NCBI GenBank assembly: GCA_044343545.1
Contig: JAWBZR010000001.1
Location: 33,092 to 97,091 of the forward strand
DNA from: Candidatus Aenigmatarchaeota archaeon
GTDB taxonomy: Archaea; Aenigmatarchaeota; Aenigmatarchaeia; CG10238-14
DNA: 64,000 nt
Direction: 5' to 3'
Shown here: piece by piece, positions 50,705 through 59,720 of the stretch
Layout of the letters: each line of letters starts with the position of its first letter
How positions within the stretch are numbered: position 1 is the first letter of the stretch
Program-made: the position numbers and the translations under genes
The notes under the pieces: model-generated
Databases searched by the model: none
What the model was told of the DNA's origin: nothing
Seen by the model: only the letters and a program-made list of their open reading frames with translations

Positions 50705-51004
50705 GTGGAATATATATATACAGCTTTGTTGCTTCACTCGGCTGGAAAGGAGATAAATGAAAATAATGTAAAGAAAGTTATAGAAAGTGCGGGTATAAAA
50801 GCTGATGAAGCCAAAATAAAGGCACTAGTGTCTGCTTTAGAAGGAGTAAATATAGATGAAGTCATAAAACAAGCGTCTATGCCAGTTGTAGCTGCTGCCC
50901 CAACGCAACCAACAGAATCGAAACCACAAGAGAAAAAGGAAACACAGGAAGCAAAAAAGGAAGCCGAGGAAGCCGTAGTCGGTTTGGCAAGCTTGTTTGG
51001 TTAG
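50705..51004 (+). CDS. rpl12: 50S ribosomal stalk protein P1/L12
   Basis: MEYIY.ALLLH..GKEINE...GL.SLFG; AAGGAGGTG RBS. Confidence 0.96.
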   Translation: MEYIYTALLLHSAGKEINENNVKKVIESAGIKADEAKIKALVSALEGVNIDEVIKQASMPVVAAAPTQPTESKPQEKKETQEAKKEAEEAVVGLASLFG

Positions 51005-51032
51005 CTTTTGCTTTTTAATATTTTCAAAAATT

Positions 51033-51584
51033 TTACTTAGTTTTTAAAAGGAGATTCCTACTTAAAATCAAACTTGATGCAAAATGGAAAGCTCCTGAAA
51101 ATATAAACAATGCCTTAACGCCAAAGTAGCTGAATAAAATTGTAGCTAAAAGGGCTGCCATGCCATAAGTAATGTAAGAAATGCTATCTAGCAAGCCATA
51201 TTCGAACCCTCTCTTTTTCTTTCTTGTAAAATCAGCAGTTATTGACTTGTAAGCCGGATTAAAGCATGCGGTGGCGATGCCGTTGAGAAATTCCAAGATA
51301 AGTATTTGATAAGCAAGGGTTATGATGTTGTAAAATATAGATATGATGAAAGATAGCGTTCCGCCGATTATTATTAACAAATTTCTATTGTTTTTATCTG
51401 AAATCTTTCCAAATATGGGACTGAAAACACCAACGGTGAAGCAAAACACAGCATAAGAATAACCTATGATTGAAGGATTGTTTGAAATTTTCTCAACATA
51501 TATAGCATAGTAAGGACCTAGTATGCCCAGACTGATGGCTATTAAAAATTCTACCAATAACAATATCTTTATCTCTCTTCTCAT
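51033..51584 (-). CDS. Half-size (6-TM) MFS transporter
   Basis: Motif A GKISDKNNR and KKRG..YG; only 183 aa. Confidence 0.75.
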   Translation of the reverse strand: MRREIKILLLVEFLIAISLGILGPYYAIYVEKISNNPSIIGYSYAVFCFTVGVFSPIFGKISDKNNRNLLIIIGGTLSFIISIFYNIITLAYQILILEFLNGIATACFNPAYKSITADFTRKKKRGFEYGLLDSISYITYGMAALLATILFSYFGVKALFIFSGAFHFASSLILSRNLLLKTK

Positions 51585-51742
51585 TCAGGATCCCTCTTAA
51601 TGTCCGTCTGGGCTTAACCATTTTTAGCCTAACCTTATTATATTTAGCAACTTAAGCTATTTATGTATTTACTTTTGGATTTAATAATTATTTTTTTGGT
51701 TTAAAAATCAAAAAAAATGTTTTTTTAGAGCTAAAAAGGTTT

Positions 51743-52150
51743 TTAATATCCAAAAATTCTTGAATCTGACTTTTCTATGTTTTTTATCCACAAAATAACA
51801 AAAACTAGAAGAGTAAAGAAAATGGATAAAATATATAAACCTGCTCCCACAGCTATTCCAATGCATGCAACCGAAAATATAGTAGCTGCAGTAGTTATTC
51901 CTTTTATATTTTCTGAGGTAGCTATAATAGTTCCGGCACCTATGAAACCTATGCCTGTAAGCACATTAGCTGCTAATCTCAATGGGTCTGTGTGTTGATG
52001 AATACCAACAAGCGTTGCCAAACAAGAAGATAAGCAGACGATCATGTGAGTCCTTAATCCTGCTGGTCTGTGAGCTTTTTCCCTCTCAAAACCTATTATT
52101 CCACCCAATATCGCTGATAAAATGAGTTTTAGAATGGCGTCATCCATCAT
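51743..52150 (-). CDS. MgtC/SapB family membrane protein
   Basis: IGFERE...AGLRTH, DP.R.AA.V.TGIGFIGAG, G.TTAA. Confidence 0.92.
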   Translation of the reverse strand: MMDDAILKLILSAILGGIIGFEREKAHRPAGLRTHMIVCLSSCLATLVGIHQHTDPLRLAANVLTGIGFIGAGTIIATSENIKGITTAATIFSVACIGIAVGAGLYILSIFFTLLVFVILWIKNIEKSDSRIFGY

Positions 52151-52256
52151 AAAATAATTTGATGCTTCTCGATTAAATTGTTTTTCGTTGACGTAATTTC
52201 TATGAAAATTTATAAATTTGAGTTATAGAATATAATTGTCTTGTAGGGTGACAAAA

Positions 52257-52535
52257 TTGGAAGTAAAAGTTTTGAGGCAAGATAAGAACTCTTTATTAAT
52301 AGAGTTAAAGGGGGATACGATAGGGTTTGCAAATCTATTAAGCGAAGAATTATGGGAACATAAAGAAGTTGAAGAAGCAGCGGCAATAAAAGAGCATCCT
52401 TACATGTCTGAACCGAAAGTTTACGTTAAAACACGAGGCGCAAATCCTAAAAATGTCTTATTGGATGCTGCGAGATCTCTTCAAACAAAATTAAAAGAAC
52501 TTGAAAAGGAATTTCTAGTGCATGTCAAGAAATAA
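52257..52535 (+). CDS. rpoL: RNA polymerase subunit L (Rpo11)
   Basis: IELKGD...ANLL.EEL...V..A....HP; GGGTGA RBS before the TTG start. Confidence 0.85.
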   Translation: MEVKVLRQDKNSLLIELKGDTIGFANLLSEELWEHKEVEEAAAIKEHPYMSEPKVYVKTRGANPKNVLLDAARSLQTKLKELEKEFLVHVKK

Positions 52536-52569
52536 ATTATTTAGTTATTGAAATTCATAATAATAATTC

Positions 52570-53199
52570 ATGTATGAGCCTTATGAGGATACTAAAAGTT
52601 CTCCTCTAAAAAGGTTTTTTTCGAAACTAAAAGATAAATGGGAAGCTTTTAAGCAAGAATTGCACTTCGACGAAAATATGAAGCACAAGTGGATATTTGT
52701 CTTCATCCCTTTAATAATTTTAGCGTTACTCACGGTCAGCTATACTGGTTACGTGACTTATACTGGAAAGATAACGGAAGCTCAATCAAAAATTTTAGTG
52801 TTAGAAAAGCAAATGACGACACTGGAAAATGACTTGGAAAAGACGAGAAGAGAGTTAGAAGGATGTTCTTCCGAGCTTAGTAGGACAAAAAGCGATCTTG
52901 AAAATGCAAAAAAAGAGATAGATAGATCTCAAAAAAATGTCGACAGTTGCGTGCTAGCAAAGCAAGATTTAGAAACCCAAATAAAATTGCTTCAAGACAA
53001 GTATGATGAGTTAAATAAAAAATTCAATACCTTGGAAGCTAACTACAAATCACTTGAATGCAATTGGGCACAAAGCAAAAATTGTCTCTATTATGTATTG
53101 AAAAATAACAATATAGAATGTGTCATTAAAATTGGCGAAAAGTACTATACATTTCCTGTCGGTATAGAAGTGCCACCAAGTCAAGTAAAGACATGTTAA
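52570..53199 (+). CDS. Single-TM protein with long coiled coil and Cys-containing tip
   Basis: TM followed by a TG motif, ~90-aa heptad repeat, four C-terminal Cys. Confidence 0.6.
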   Translation: MYEPYEDTKSSPLKRFFSKLKDKWEAFKQELHFDENMKHKWIFVFIPLIILALLTVSYTGYVTYTGKITEAQSKILVLEKQMTTLENDLEKTRRELEGCSSELSRTKSDLENAKKEIDRSQKNVDSCVLAKQDLETQIKLLQDKYDELNKKFNTLEANYKSLECNWAQSKNCLYYVLKNNNIECVIKIGEKYYTFPVGIEVPPSQVKTC

Positions 53200-54536
53200 G
53201 CTTTTGTCAAAGCGTGAAAAGCTTTCACAGCCCTTTCGGGTGTAGGATAAACTGGTATGCCTGCCTTTATTAATTTTTGATTTCGTGCTTGTGTGAAATT
53301 GCTTCCAACAGAACACACCAATAGGGGTTTTTTGAATTTTCTCGCTTCAATTATATAATCAACAACTTTTTCTTCCAAAGTAGGTACTTGAAAGAGAGTT
53401 ATAACTATTGCACCGTCATATTCTTTACTAGAAAGACATTCATTCAAAGCTATGGAATATCTCTCGGCATTGGCATCCCCAGTTAAATCTATAGGATTAT
53501 GAAGACTCACATAGTTTGGCATTCTTTTGGAAAGCTTTTCTTTCAATTTTTGTGATGGTTCTGGCAATAACAAGCCTAACTCTTCTGCTTTATCGGCAGC
53601 TAACACTCCAAAACCTCCGCCATCCGTTATTATAACAACCCTCTTGCCCCTTGGTTTTGGTTGAGTTGAAAATGCAACAGAATAGTCTAGTAACTCTTCC
53701 CAATCATCTGCCTCTATAATTCCAAACTGCTTGAAAGCAGCCGAATATATTTTTCTTTCTCCAGCCAAAGAGCCCGTATGGGATGACACGGCCTTCGCGC
53801 CTTTTTCGCCTTTTCCACTCTTTAGCACGATTATGGGTTTTTTTGCCTTTTTCGCCTTTTCTAAAAATTTTCTTCCATCTGACTTTAATCCTTCTATGTA
53901 TGCGATAATCACTTTTGTTGTTTTATCCTTTCCTAAATATTCCAAAAGTTCTGCCTCGCTTACATCCATTCCATTTCCATAAGATATGAATTTGCTTATG
54001 CCTATGCCGCTACTGTAGAAAATATCTAATATAGTTGAACCGACAGCACCAGACTGCGAAATAAAAGAAATGTTGCCTTTACCTGGCCTCCCGCATCTAT
54101 CTTTTGAAAGAAATAAAGTGTCGACTCTCGAATAAGCATCATATATGCCGATGCAATTTGGCCCTATAACTCTTGTTCCGCTCTTGGCTATTATTTGCTT
54201 CAATTGCTCTTCAATTTTTTTTCCTTCATCTCCAATTTCAGAAAACCCTGAAGAAATTATTATTACGGAGGGTGTTTTTTTCTTCACACATTCTGTCAAA
54301 ACTTGAGGAACGATCTTTGCAGGAACCACAATGATGGCTAAATCTATTTTTTCTTTAACGTCTAGAATCGATTTGTAGCATTTTACGCCAAGTATTTCCT
54401 CGGCATTTGGATTTATAGGATATAATTTTCTGAACCCATTTTCAAAAAAATTTCGAAAAATTATATGACCAAGCTTGTTTTCTTCTCTAGAAGCTCCTAT
54501 TACTGCAACTGATTTTGGATTAAAAAACGAGTGCAT
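53196..54536 (-). CDS. acdA: Acetate--CoA ligase (ADP-forming) alpha subunit
   Basis: PKSVAVIGAS, GPNC.G, SQSGA, SHTGSLAG (phospho-His), GGG.GV..AD, NPIDLTGDA. Confidence 0.93.
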   Translation of the reverse strand: MHSFFNPKSVAVIGASREENKLGHIIFRNFFENGFRKLYPINPNAEEILGVKCYKSILDVKEKIDLAIIVVPAKIVPQVLTECVKKKTPSVIIISSGFSEIGDEGKKIEEQLKQIIAKSGTRVIGPNCIGIYDAYSRVDTLFLSKDRCGRPGKGNISFISQSGAVGSTILDIFYSSGIGISKFISYGNGMDVSEAELLEYLGKDKTTKVIIAYIEGLKSDGRKFLEKAKKAKKPIIVLKSGKGEKGAKAVSSHTGSLAGERKIYSAAFKQFGIIEADDWEELLDYSVAFSTQPKPRGKRVVIITDGGGFGVLAADKAEELGLLLPEPSQKLKEKLSKRMPNYVSLHNPIDLTGDANAERYSIALNECLSSKEYDGAIVITLFQVPTLEEKVVDYIIEARKFKKPLLVCSVGSNFTQARNQKLIKAGIPVYPTPERAVKAFHALTKA

Positions 54537-54680
54537 ATAATTATTTTGTTTGACTTAAAATATAATATCTTCTGTCTCGTTGTCAATCTTTTGATTATAT
54601 GAATCAAACCTTATAAAAATTAAACATTTTGCTATGATTCTTCAAGACGAAAATTTCAAACCGAAAAATTAGAGTTTGAG

Positions 54681-55052
54681 CTAATTTTTTTGGCATTCGC
54701 CCTTGTAAGCAACTTGAACGCCTGCTGCCGCAGCAAAACATGAATTTGAATAGGTTTTTCCGTCTACACCACAAACAGGGTCATATTGCAAAGTACATAC
54801 TATCTCATTTTTGCAAACACCTTTGTATGCGACTTTTGTGCCACAAGCCACCGCGTCTGCCTCGCCGCATGCATAAGTCTTTCCGTCCTCACCGCAAACA
54901 GGATCGTATCTTAAACATCTTATTTTGCCGCAAGAAGAGCTTTTTGGTTTGAAAACAAAAAGTAATGTTAAAAACAAGAATAAAAAGAATATTGTTAGAT
55001 AGATAACTTCCTTTTTTACTTCATACCCTAACCATCGTTTCACTTTTTGCAT
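54681..55052 (-). CDS. Membrane-anchored tandem Kazal-type protease inhibitor
   Basis: TM, then two C..YDPVCG.DGKTY...C.....AYKG.C repeats; start uncertain. Confidence 0.85.
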   Translation of the reverse strand: MQKVKRWLGYEVKKEVIYLTIFFLFLFLTLLFVFKPKSSSCGKIRCLRYDPVCGEDGKTYACGEADAVACGTKVAYKGVCKNEIVCTLQYDPVCGVDGKTYSNSCFAAAAGVQVAYKGECQKN

Positions 55053-55935
55053 TAATAGCAAAATATGATCCTAAAAGTATTAAAGCTGATCCCATTAGCT
55101 GTAAAGCATTGCATGGCTCACCGAAAGCCATTATACCTATTAATAAAGATATGACGGGAGATATCAACAAAAATGTACTTGCTTTAGAAACGTTAATTAG
55201 TTTGATGCTTTTATACCAAAAGAATACATAGCCAAACAATATTAAAGTTGATATAAGGATATTTCTTACTTGCTCCATTGTTAATGAAGAAATTTGATTC
55301 AATTTATTTGAAAGAATTAAAACACCGAACAATATCAGACCTCCGAAAAACATTCTTGCAAATGATACTATAAAATTACTTTCTCCTTCCCTCATTACCT
55401 TTCTTGCTATTATGTTTTCTACGGCCCAAAGAAAAGTTGCTAAAATGACAAGCAAATCACCTAAAGATGGATTTTGCCACATTTCTGCCGGTTTTATTTG
55501 TCCGACATAAAGAATTATTGTGCCTGAAAACATCAATGTTATTGCTAACATCAATTTTTTATCAATTTTTTCCTTTAGAAACACGAAAGCCAACACGCAA
55601 ACATAAAGAGGTAAGGTTTTATGCAAGAAAGCTGCTCTTCCTGACGTAGTCAATTTCAACCCAGAAAAATAAAAATAGAAGGCAAAGGCTCCACCTATTA
55701 TTGCTATCGCTAAGAGACTTTTCCAGCATATTTTATTTTTTCTTTTTTTGAATTCATTTCTCGTTAAAGAAATCAAGAGAAATATCGTTCCTATTATTAT
55801 TGACCTTATTGATGTAAAAACTAGGGGATCAAGCTTGACGATAAATAATTTGTTTGCAGGAATTGCCACACCACTTATTATAGCAGTGATTATGGCAAAG
55901 ATTGTGCCTAATTGTTCTTTCTTCATCGCATTCAT
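55021..55935 (-). CDS. EamA/DMT family transporter
   Basis: About 10 TMs in two repeats; F.KEK, LGD...A...WA, GE motifs. Confidence 0.88.
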   Translation of the reverse strand: MNAMKKEQLGTIFAIITAIISGVAIPANKLFIVKLDPLVFTSIRSIIIGTIFLLISLTRNEFKKRKNKICWKSLLAIAIIGGAFAFYFYFSGLKLTTSGRAAFLHKTLPLYVCVLAFVFLKEKIDKKLMLAITLMFSGTIILYVGQIKPAEMWQNPSLGDLLVILATFLWAVENIIARKVMREGESNFIVSFARMFFGGLILFGVLILSNKLNQISSLTMEQVRNILISTLILFGYVFFWYKSIKLINVSKASTFLLISPVISLLIGIMAFGEPCNALQLMGSALILLGSYFAINAKSETMVRV

Positions 55936-56456
55936 AATATAGGTTTCATTTTTATTAAATCTTTTTTTATTTTTTCTGTAAATCTTTCCACAACAAAATC
56001 ATAATGAACTATTACTTCATCTCCTACTTTTAGATTCTTGACAAAATCCGTTTTATATTCCTTTATGCCAAATTCCGTTTCTATCTTAGCTTTGTTATTT
56101 TCGATAGACAAGACTTTTCCAATTCTAACCTTGCACGAGATCGGATCGAAATCACCTTTTTCTTCATATCTCTTATCAACAACCTTGTCATGCTCGACTA
56201 AATAATATTGCCTTAAAACTTGAGCATCTATTTCACTTTTTCCCATTTTCATGGCAACTATTTTCAGCATATTATTTGCAACCTGAAAAACATTTTCAAA
56301 ACCTTTTTTAGGCAATTTACCCGAAGAAAAATCTTTTAATATTTTTTCCAATTCTTCTTGCTTAATCAATCCTCTTTTGACAAATGTTTGCGCGCAAGGC
56401 AAAGCATAGCAAAAAAACAACCTTCTATTTTTTATTCGCAAAAAATTCTCCCTCAT
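55932..56456 (-). CDS. Hypothetical protein (DUF6390-like N-terminus) with C-terminal HypC-like OB fold
   Basis: F.CYALPC N-terminus; C-terminal C.VRIGKV....LKVGDEVIVHY. Confidence 0.55.
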   Translation of the reverse strand: MRENFLRIKNRRLFFCYALPCAQTFVKRGLIKQEELEKILKDFSSGKLPKKGFENVFQVANNMLKIVAMKMGKSEIDAQVLRQYYLVEHDKVVDKRYEEKGDFDPISCKVRIGKVLSIENNKAKIETEFGIKEYKTDFVKNLKVGDEVIVHYDFVVERFTEKIKKDLIKMKPIL

Positions 56457-56613
56457 CTAATTTTTCTATAATATAATTTGCTGCGCATATGACAAAATCA
56501 CCAGCATCTATCCTTGCAAAAGGATTGAGCATTTCATAAATTTTTCCATTTATTTCAACCATCGCCTTGTTGCCATCAATTGAAATCACCTTACCAATTA
56601 CTTGTTGACACAT
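56425..56613 (-). CDS. HypC/HupF-like hydrogenase maturation chaperone (divergent)
   Basis: MC....GKVISIDG..A.VE..G...GDFV....YIIEKL; lacks the conserved His. Confidence 0.7.
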   Translation of the reverse strand: MCQQVIGKVISIDGNKAMVEINGKIYEMLNPFARIDAGDFVICAANYIIEKLDEGEFFANKK

Positions 56614-56738
56614 CAAAATTATTATTATCGAAAAAATAATTTAATTTTTACCAAAAACATCCATCATTCTTTAAAATTAGCACGTACAAGGAAGATTAAT
56701 GTGAAGGAATTAAATATTATGGAAATTAAAATTAATTT

Positions 56739-56945
56739 ATGCCAGTAAAAAAAGAATTGCTAGAAATATTGGCCTGCCCACTGTGTAAAGGTGATGTTAT
56801 AGAAAAAGGTATGTTCATTGTATGTGAAAAATGCAAAAAGGCTTATCCGGTGCTAGATGATAAGATACCTGACATGCTTATAGAAGATGCTTGGCCGTTG
56901 AAAAAAGCTGAAAAAGCGGGTTTTAAGCATGAAATAAAATTTTAA
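56739..56945 (+). CDS. Trm112-like methyltransferase activator
   Basis: LLEILACPLCKG...C..C...YPV...IPDML. Confidence 0.88.
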   Translation: MPVKKELLEILACPLCKGDVIEKGMFIVCEKCKKAYPVLDDKIPDMLIEDAWPLKKAEKAGFKHEIKF

Positions 56946-57968
56946 TTAAAATCTTATGACACCTTTTTTATCTATTCTTTCAAGTATTTTCTCGTTTTGT
57001 TCTTCTATTTTTTTCAAACTCCACTCCCACACATCTTCGTCTCTTGCCATTATTACAACTCGGCTTACATCATCTACTGCTTTAATTACATATCCTGTAT
57101 TTGCCGCAATTTTTCTTGCAAAATCTTCCAATTCTTGCATTGACGGCATATTCTCTTTTTTCAACCTCTGTTTTGATTCACCCAAATGCGAATAACCCTT
57201 TAATTCAGCAAAATGTGGCTGTGCCATTTTTATCAACTTCGAATAACCATCAGGGTCTTTCATATTCAAATCCTTCACCATTGTCATTCTAAAAACTGTC
57301 CTTGCTTTTCTGAATTCTTTCATTAGCTTTAAGCTTTCGTTAACCCTTTCCCATTCGTCTGGGATGAAAGAATTCGTGACAAACTTATAATCTTCTTTAT
57401 TAGTTGCATAAACACTTACATAGAGGTTTGTTGGTTCGCTATCCTTTTCTATTAATTCTCCAAGGCGTTGCGGCATCGTGCCGTTAGTAACAAGAAACGC
57501 TGTCATGCCTCTCGTCTTTATCTCCTTTATTAATTCAGATATGTAAGGATAAAGAGTTGGCTCGCCGTCTAAACTTATGGCTACATGTGCAGGTTTTTTT
57601 GCTTCTTCCCATAAATGCTTAGGTGTCAAGGGATTGCCGCCAAACCCCGATAAAAGCTCTATCTGTGCATCTATTATTTTATCGACAATTTCCTTTGGCG
57701 AATCCCATTCTGTGTTACCTTTAAATCTGTCAGGACCGAACGTGCGCCAACAAAATTTGCATGAAAAAGGACAGAAGTCGATAGTTGGCGTCATCTGTAT
57801 GCAACGATGAGATTTTATTCCATAAACGGCCTTGTAACAATTTCTTTTCCCTCTTAGTACAGATTTTGTCCATCTGCAAATTTCTACTGCAGAATGTTTG
57901 TGAGCACCTACTATTCTATAGCCGGCTTTTCTGTATTTTTTTATTCTCTCTTCTGTTAATTTTATCAT
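56946..57968 (-). CDS. taw1: Radical SAM 4-demethylwyosine synthase
   Basis: HSAV.IC.W, CYK..YGI.SHRC.QMTP, CxxxCxxCWR, SL.GEPT, ELKGY. Confidence 0.95.
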   Translation of the reverse strand: MIKLTEERIKKYRKAGYRIVGAHKHSAVEICRWTKSVLRGKRNCYKAVYGIKSHRCIQMTPTIDFCPFSCKFCWRTFGPDRFKGNTEWDSPKEIVDKIIDAQIELLSGFGGNPLTPKHLWEEAKKPAHVAISLDGEPTLYPYISELIKEIKTRGMTAFLVTNGTMPQRLGELIEKDSEPTNLYVSVYATNKEDYKFVTNSFIPDEWERVNESLKLMKEFRKARTVFRMTMVKDLNMKDPDGYSKLIKMAQPHFAELKGYSHLGESKQRLKKENMPSMQELEDFARKIAANTGYVIKAVDDVSRVVIMARDEDVWEWSLKKIEEQNEKILERIDKKGVIRF

Positions 57969-58026
57969 GAGTGTTATTTAAGAAAAAGAAATTTAAAGGG
58001 TTTTTTATTTATAAATTAAGAAAGAT

Positions 58027-58174
58027 GCTGAGGTGGCAGAACCAGGTAATGCACCGGACTTGAGTCGGTTTCCGATGTGGAAGATGGCTTGACCCTGAGA
58101 TGTGATGTCAAGGAGGTGAACCGAAGGAAATCCGGCGGGCTTTGCCCTTCAGGGTTCAAATCCCTGCCTCAGCG
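58027..58174 (+). tRNA. tRNA-Ser(TGA) with a 65-nt intron at 37/38 (58065-58129)
   Basis: GCTGAGG/CCTCAGC acceptor stem; CCGGA-CT-TGA-G...A-TCCGG; long variable arm GGGCTTTGCCC; discriminator G. Confidence 0.93.
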
Positions 58175-58312
58175 CTTAAATATCAGAAACATGCAAAACA
58201 CTCATAATAGCAAGATATTTTTCTCTTCAAACTTATCAATTAACATTAAAAACTTCGACTAAAATGCTTTGAATGAACTTATTTATATTTATTTTACAAT
58301 GATATAACCTTA

Positions 58313-59272
58313 ATGGCAAAGAAGAATTTACAAGAAAGTAAACAGAAAGAAAAGCCAAATTTATGGATGTATTCTACGATTTTTTTATTTATCATAACAT
58401 TAGTATTGCTATATATCAATTTTTTCCCCATGAATAATCAAGAGATAGGCCAAAAAACTATAAATTATATAAACGAAAATCTCGTTCAAGGTTCTAACAA
58501 GGCTTCGTTAGTTAGTGTGGAAATGGAATCTGGCATGTATAAAATCACTACATCTTATCAAGGACAAAACATACCCGTTTACGTAAGTAAAGATGGAAGG
58601 TATCTCTTTTTGACCCAACCCCTTGACATGACAATAAATATACCTAAAGAAGAAACGAGCGCTACTTTCGATGCACCTGATAGCGAAAAGCCACAAGTTG
58701 ATCTATATGTCATGTCTTTTTGTCCGTTTGGCATTCAGGCAGAAAATGCGATGAAACCGGTTTTTGATTTGCTTAATCAAAAAGCGAACTTTAGAATAAT
58801 TTTCATTGCAAATGTCAACGGAGATGATTACAAATCCGTTGATTCTTTACATGGCATTAATGAAGCGATGGAAGACCTTAGACAAATTTGCGTGATGAAA
58901 CATTATGATCAAAAAACATTTTGGAAATATTTAATGGAGATAAATGCAAATTGTTATAGCATTTATAGAGATGAAAAGGCTCTAGATAGTTGTTGGAGAA
59001 ACGCGACAAAGAAAATTGGCATAGATGATAAGAAAATAGATGAGTGCTCAAAAAGTAAGGAGGCTTTAGAAATTTTAAAGCAACATGAAGCTCTTGTGAA
59101 TCAAAATAAAGTGAGAGGTTCACCGACATTAATAATAAATGGAAAGGTATATAATGGAGAAAGAAGTCCTGAAGCTTTTAAGCAGGCGATTTGCTCTGGT
59201 TTCACAAAACCTCCTTCAGAATGTTCTCAAAAACTGGAAGTGAACACAACCTCGGTCAAAGGGTCTTGCTAA
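58313..59272 (+). CDS. Membrane-anchored DsbA/thioredoxin-like protein
   Basis: N-terminal TM; DsbC-like YVSKDGRYLF; MSFCPFG; SLHG..E; cis-Pro GSPT. Confidence 0.75.
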   Translation: MAKKNLQESKQKEKPNLWMYSTIFLFIITLVLLYINFFPMNNQEIGQKTINYINENLVQGSNKASLVSVEMESGMYKITTSYQGQNIPVYVSKDGRYLFLTQPLDMTINIPKEETSATFDAPDSEKPQVDLYVMSFCPFGIQAENAMKPVFDLLNQKANFRIIFIANVNGDDYKSVDSLHGINEAMEDLRQICVMKHYDQKTFWKYLMEINANCYSIYRDEKALDSCWRNATKKIGIDDKKIDECSKSKEALEILKQHEALVNQNKVRGSPTLIINGKVYNGERSPEAFKQAICSGFTKPPSECSQKLEVNTTSVKGSC

Positions 59273-59306
59273 AAGTTAAATAATTCTTCTTCGACTTTTA
59301 ATAATC

Positions 59307-59720
59307 ATGATTTTGGAAGAGATCGTCGCTCAAGGGCATCCACTTATATCTGCCAAGCATAAAACAACCATAGAAATAACAAAAGAAAATTTTCTCACAA
59401 AAAATGGAGATTGCATAATAGGAATAAATGCAAACAAAGCTTGTTTTGACTTGAGTAAAAAAACAAAAAATATTTTGCTTAAAGGAAAAATGATAAGATT
59501 TGTTTTTCAAGCGAACGATATGAGCGATGAGTTAGTAGCTTTCGGGAGCAAGAATCTATTATTAAGCAACAAGACAAGTATCGTTATAAGGAAATCTTCT
59601 TTTATAGATGATAGAACCATAGCTATAAAATCAAACAAAGCTGCTTGCGAAATAAAAAGAGAGCTGATAAAAGAATTAAAAAACCCCAATACAAAATTAA
59701 TTATTAGATTGATCGTATGA
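59307..59720 (+). CDS. DUF371 family protein
   Basis: GHP.I.A.H.TT.EIT....LT..GDCI.G; IRKS...RT. Confidence 0.88.
   Translation: MILEEIVAQGHPLISAKHKTTIEITKENFLTKNGDCIIGINANKACFDLSKKTKNILLKGKMIRFVFQANDMSDELVAFGSKNLLLSNKTSIVIRKSSFIDDRTIAIKSNKAACEIKRELIKELKNPNTKLIIRLIV

Noticed and set aside
51585..51640. GC-richer leader upstream of the half-MFS gene as a possible riboswitch
   Set aside because: Only a weak GGCT/AGCC stem; no riboswitch consensus that I can recognise
58027..58174. tRNA with 'TGA' read as a Sec or suppressor tRNA
   Set aside because: TGA is the anticodon (reads UCA, Ser); tRNA-Sec would have TCA and a longer acceptor arm
58077..58262. 61-aa ORF over the tRNA-Ser intron
   Set aside because: Overlaps the tRNA 3' exon; no recognisable protein features
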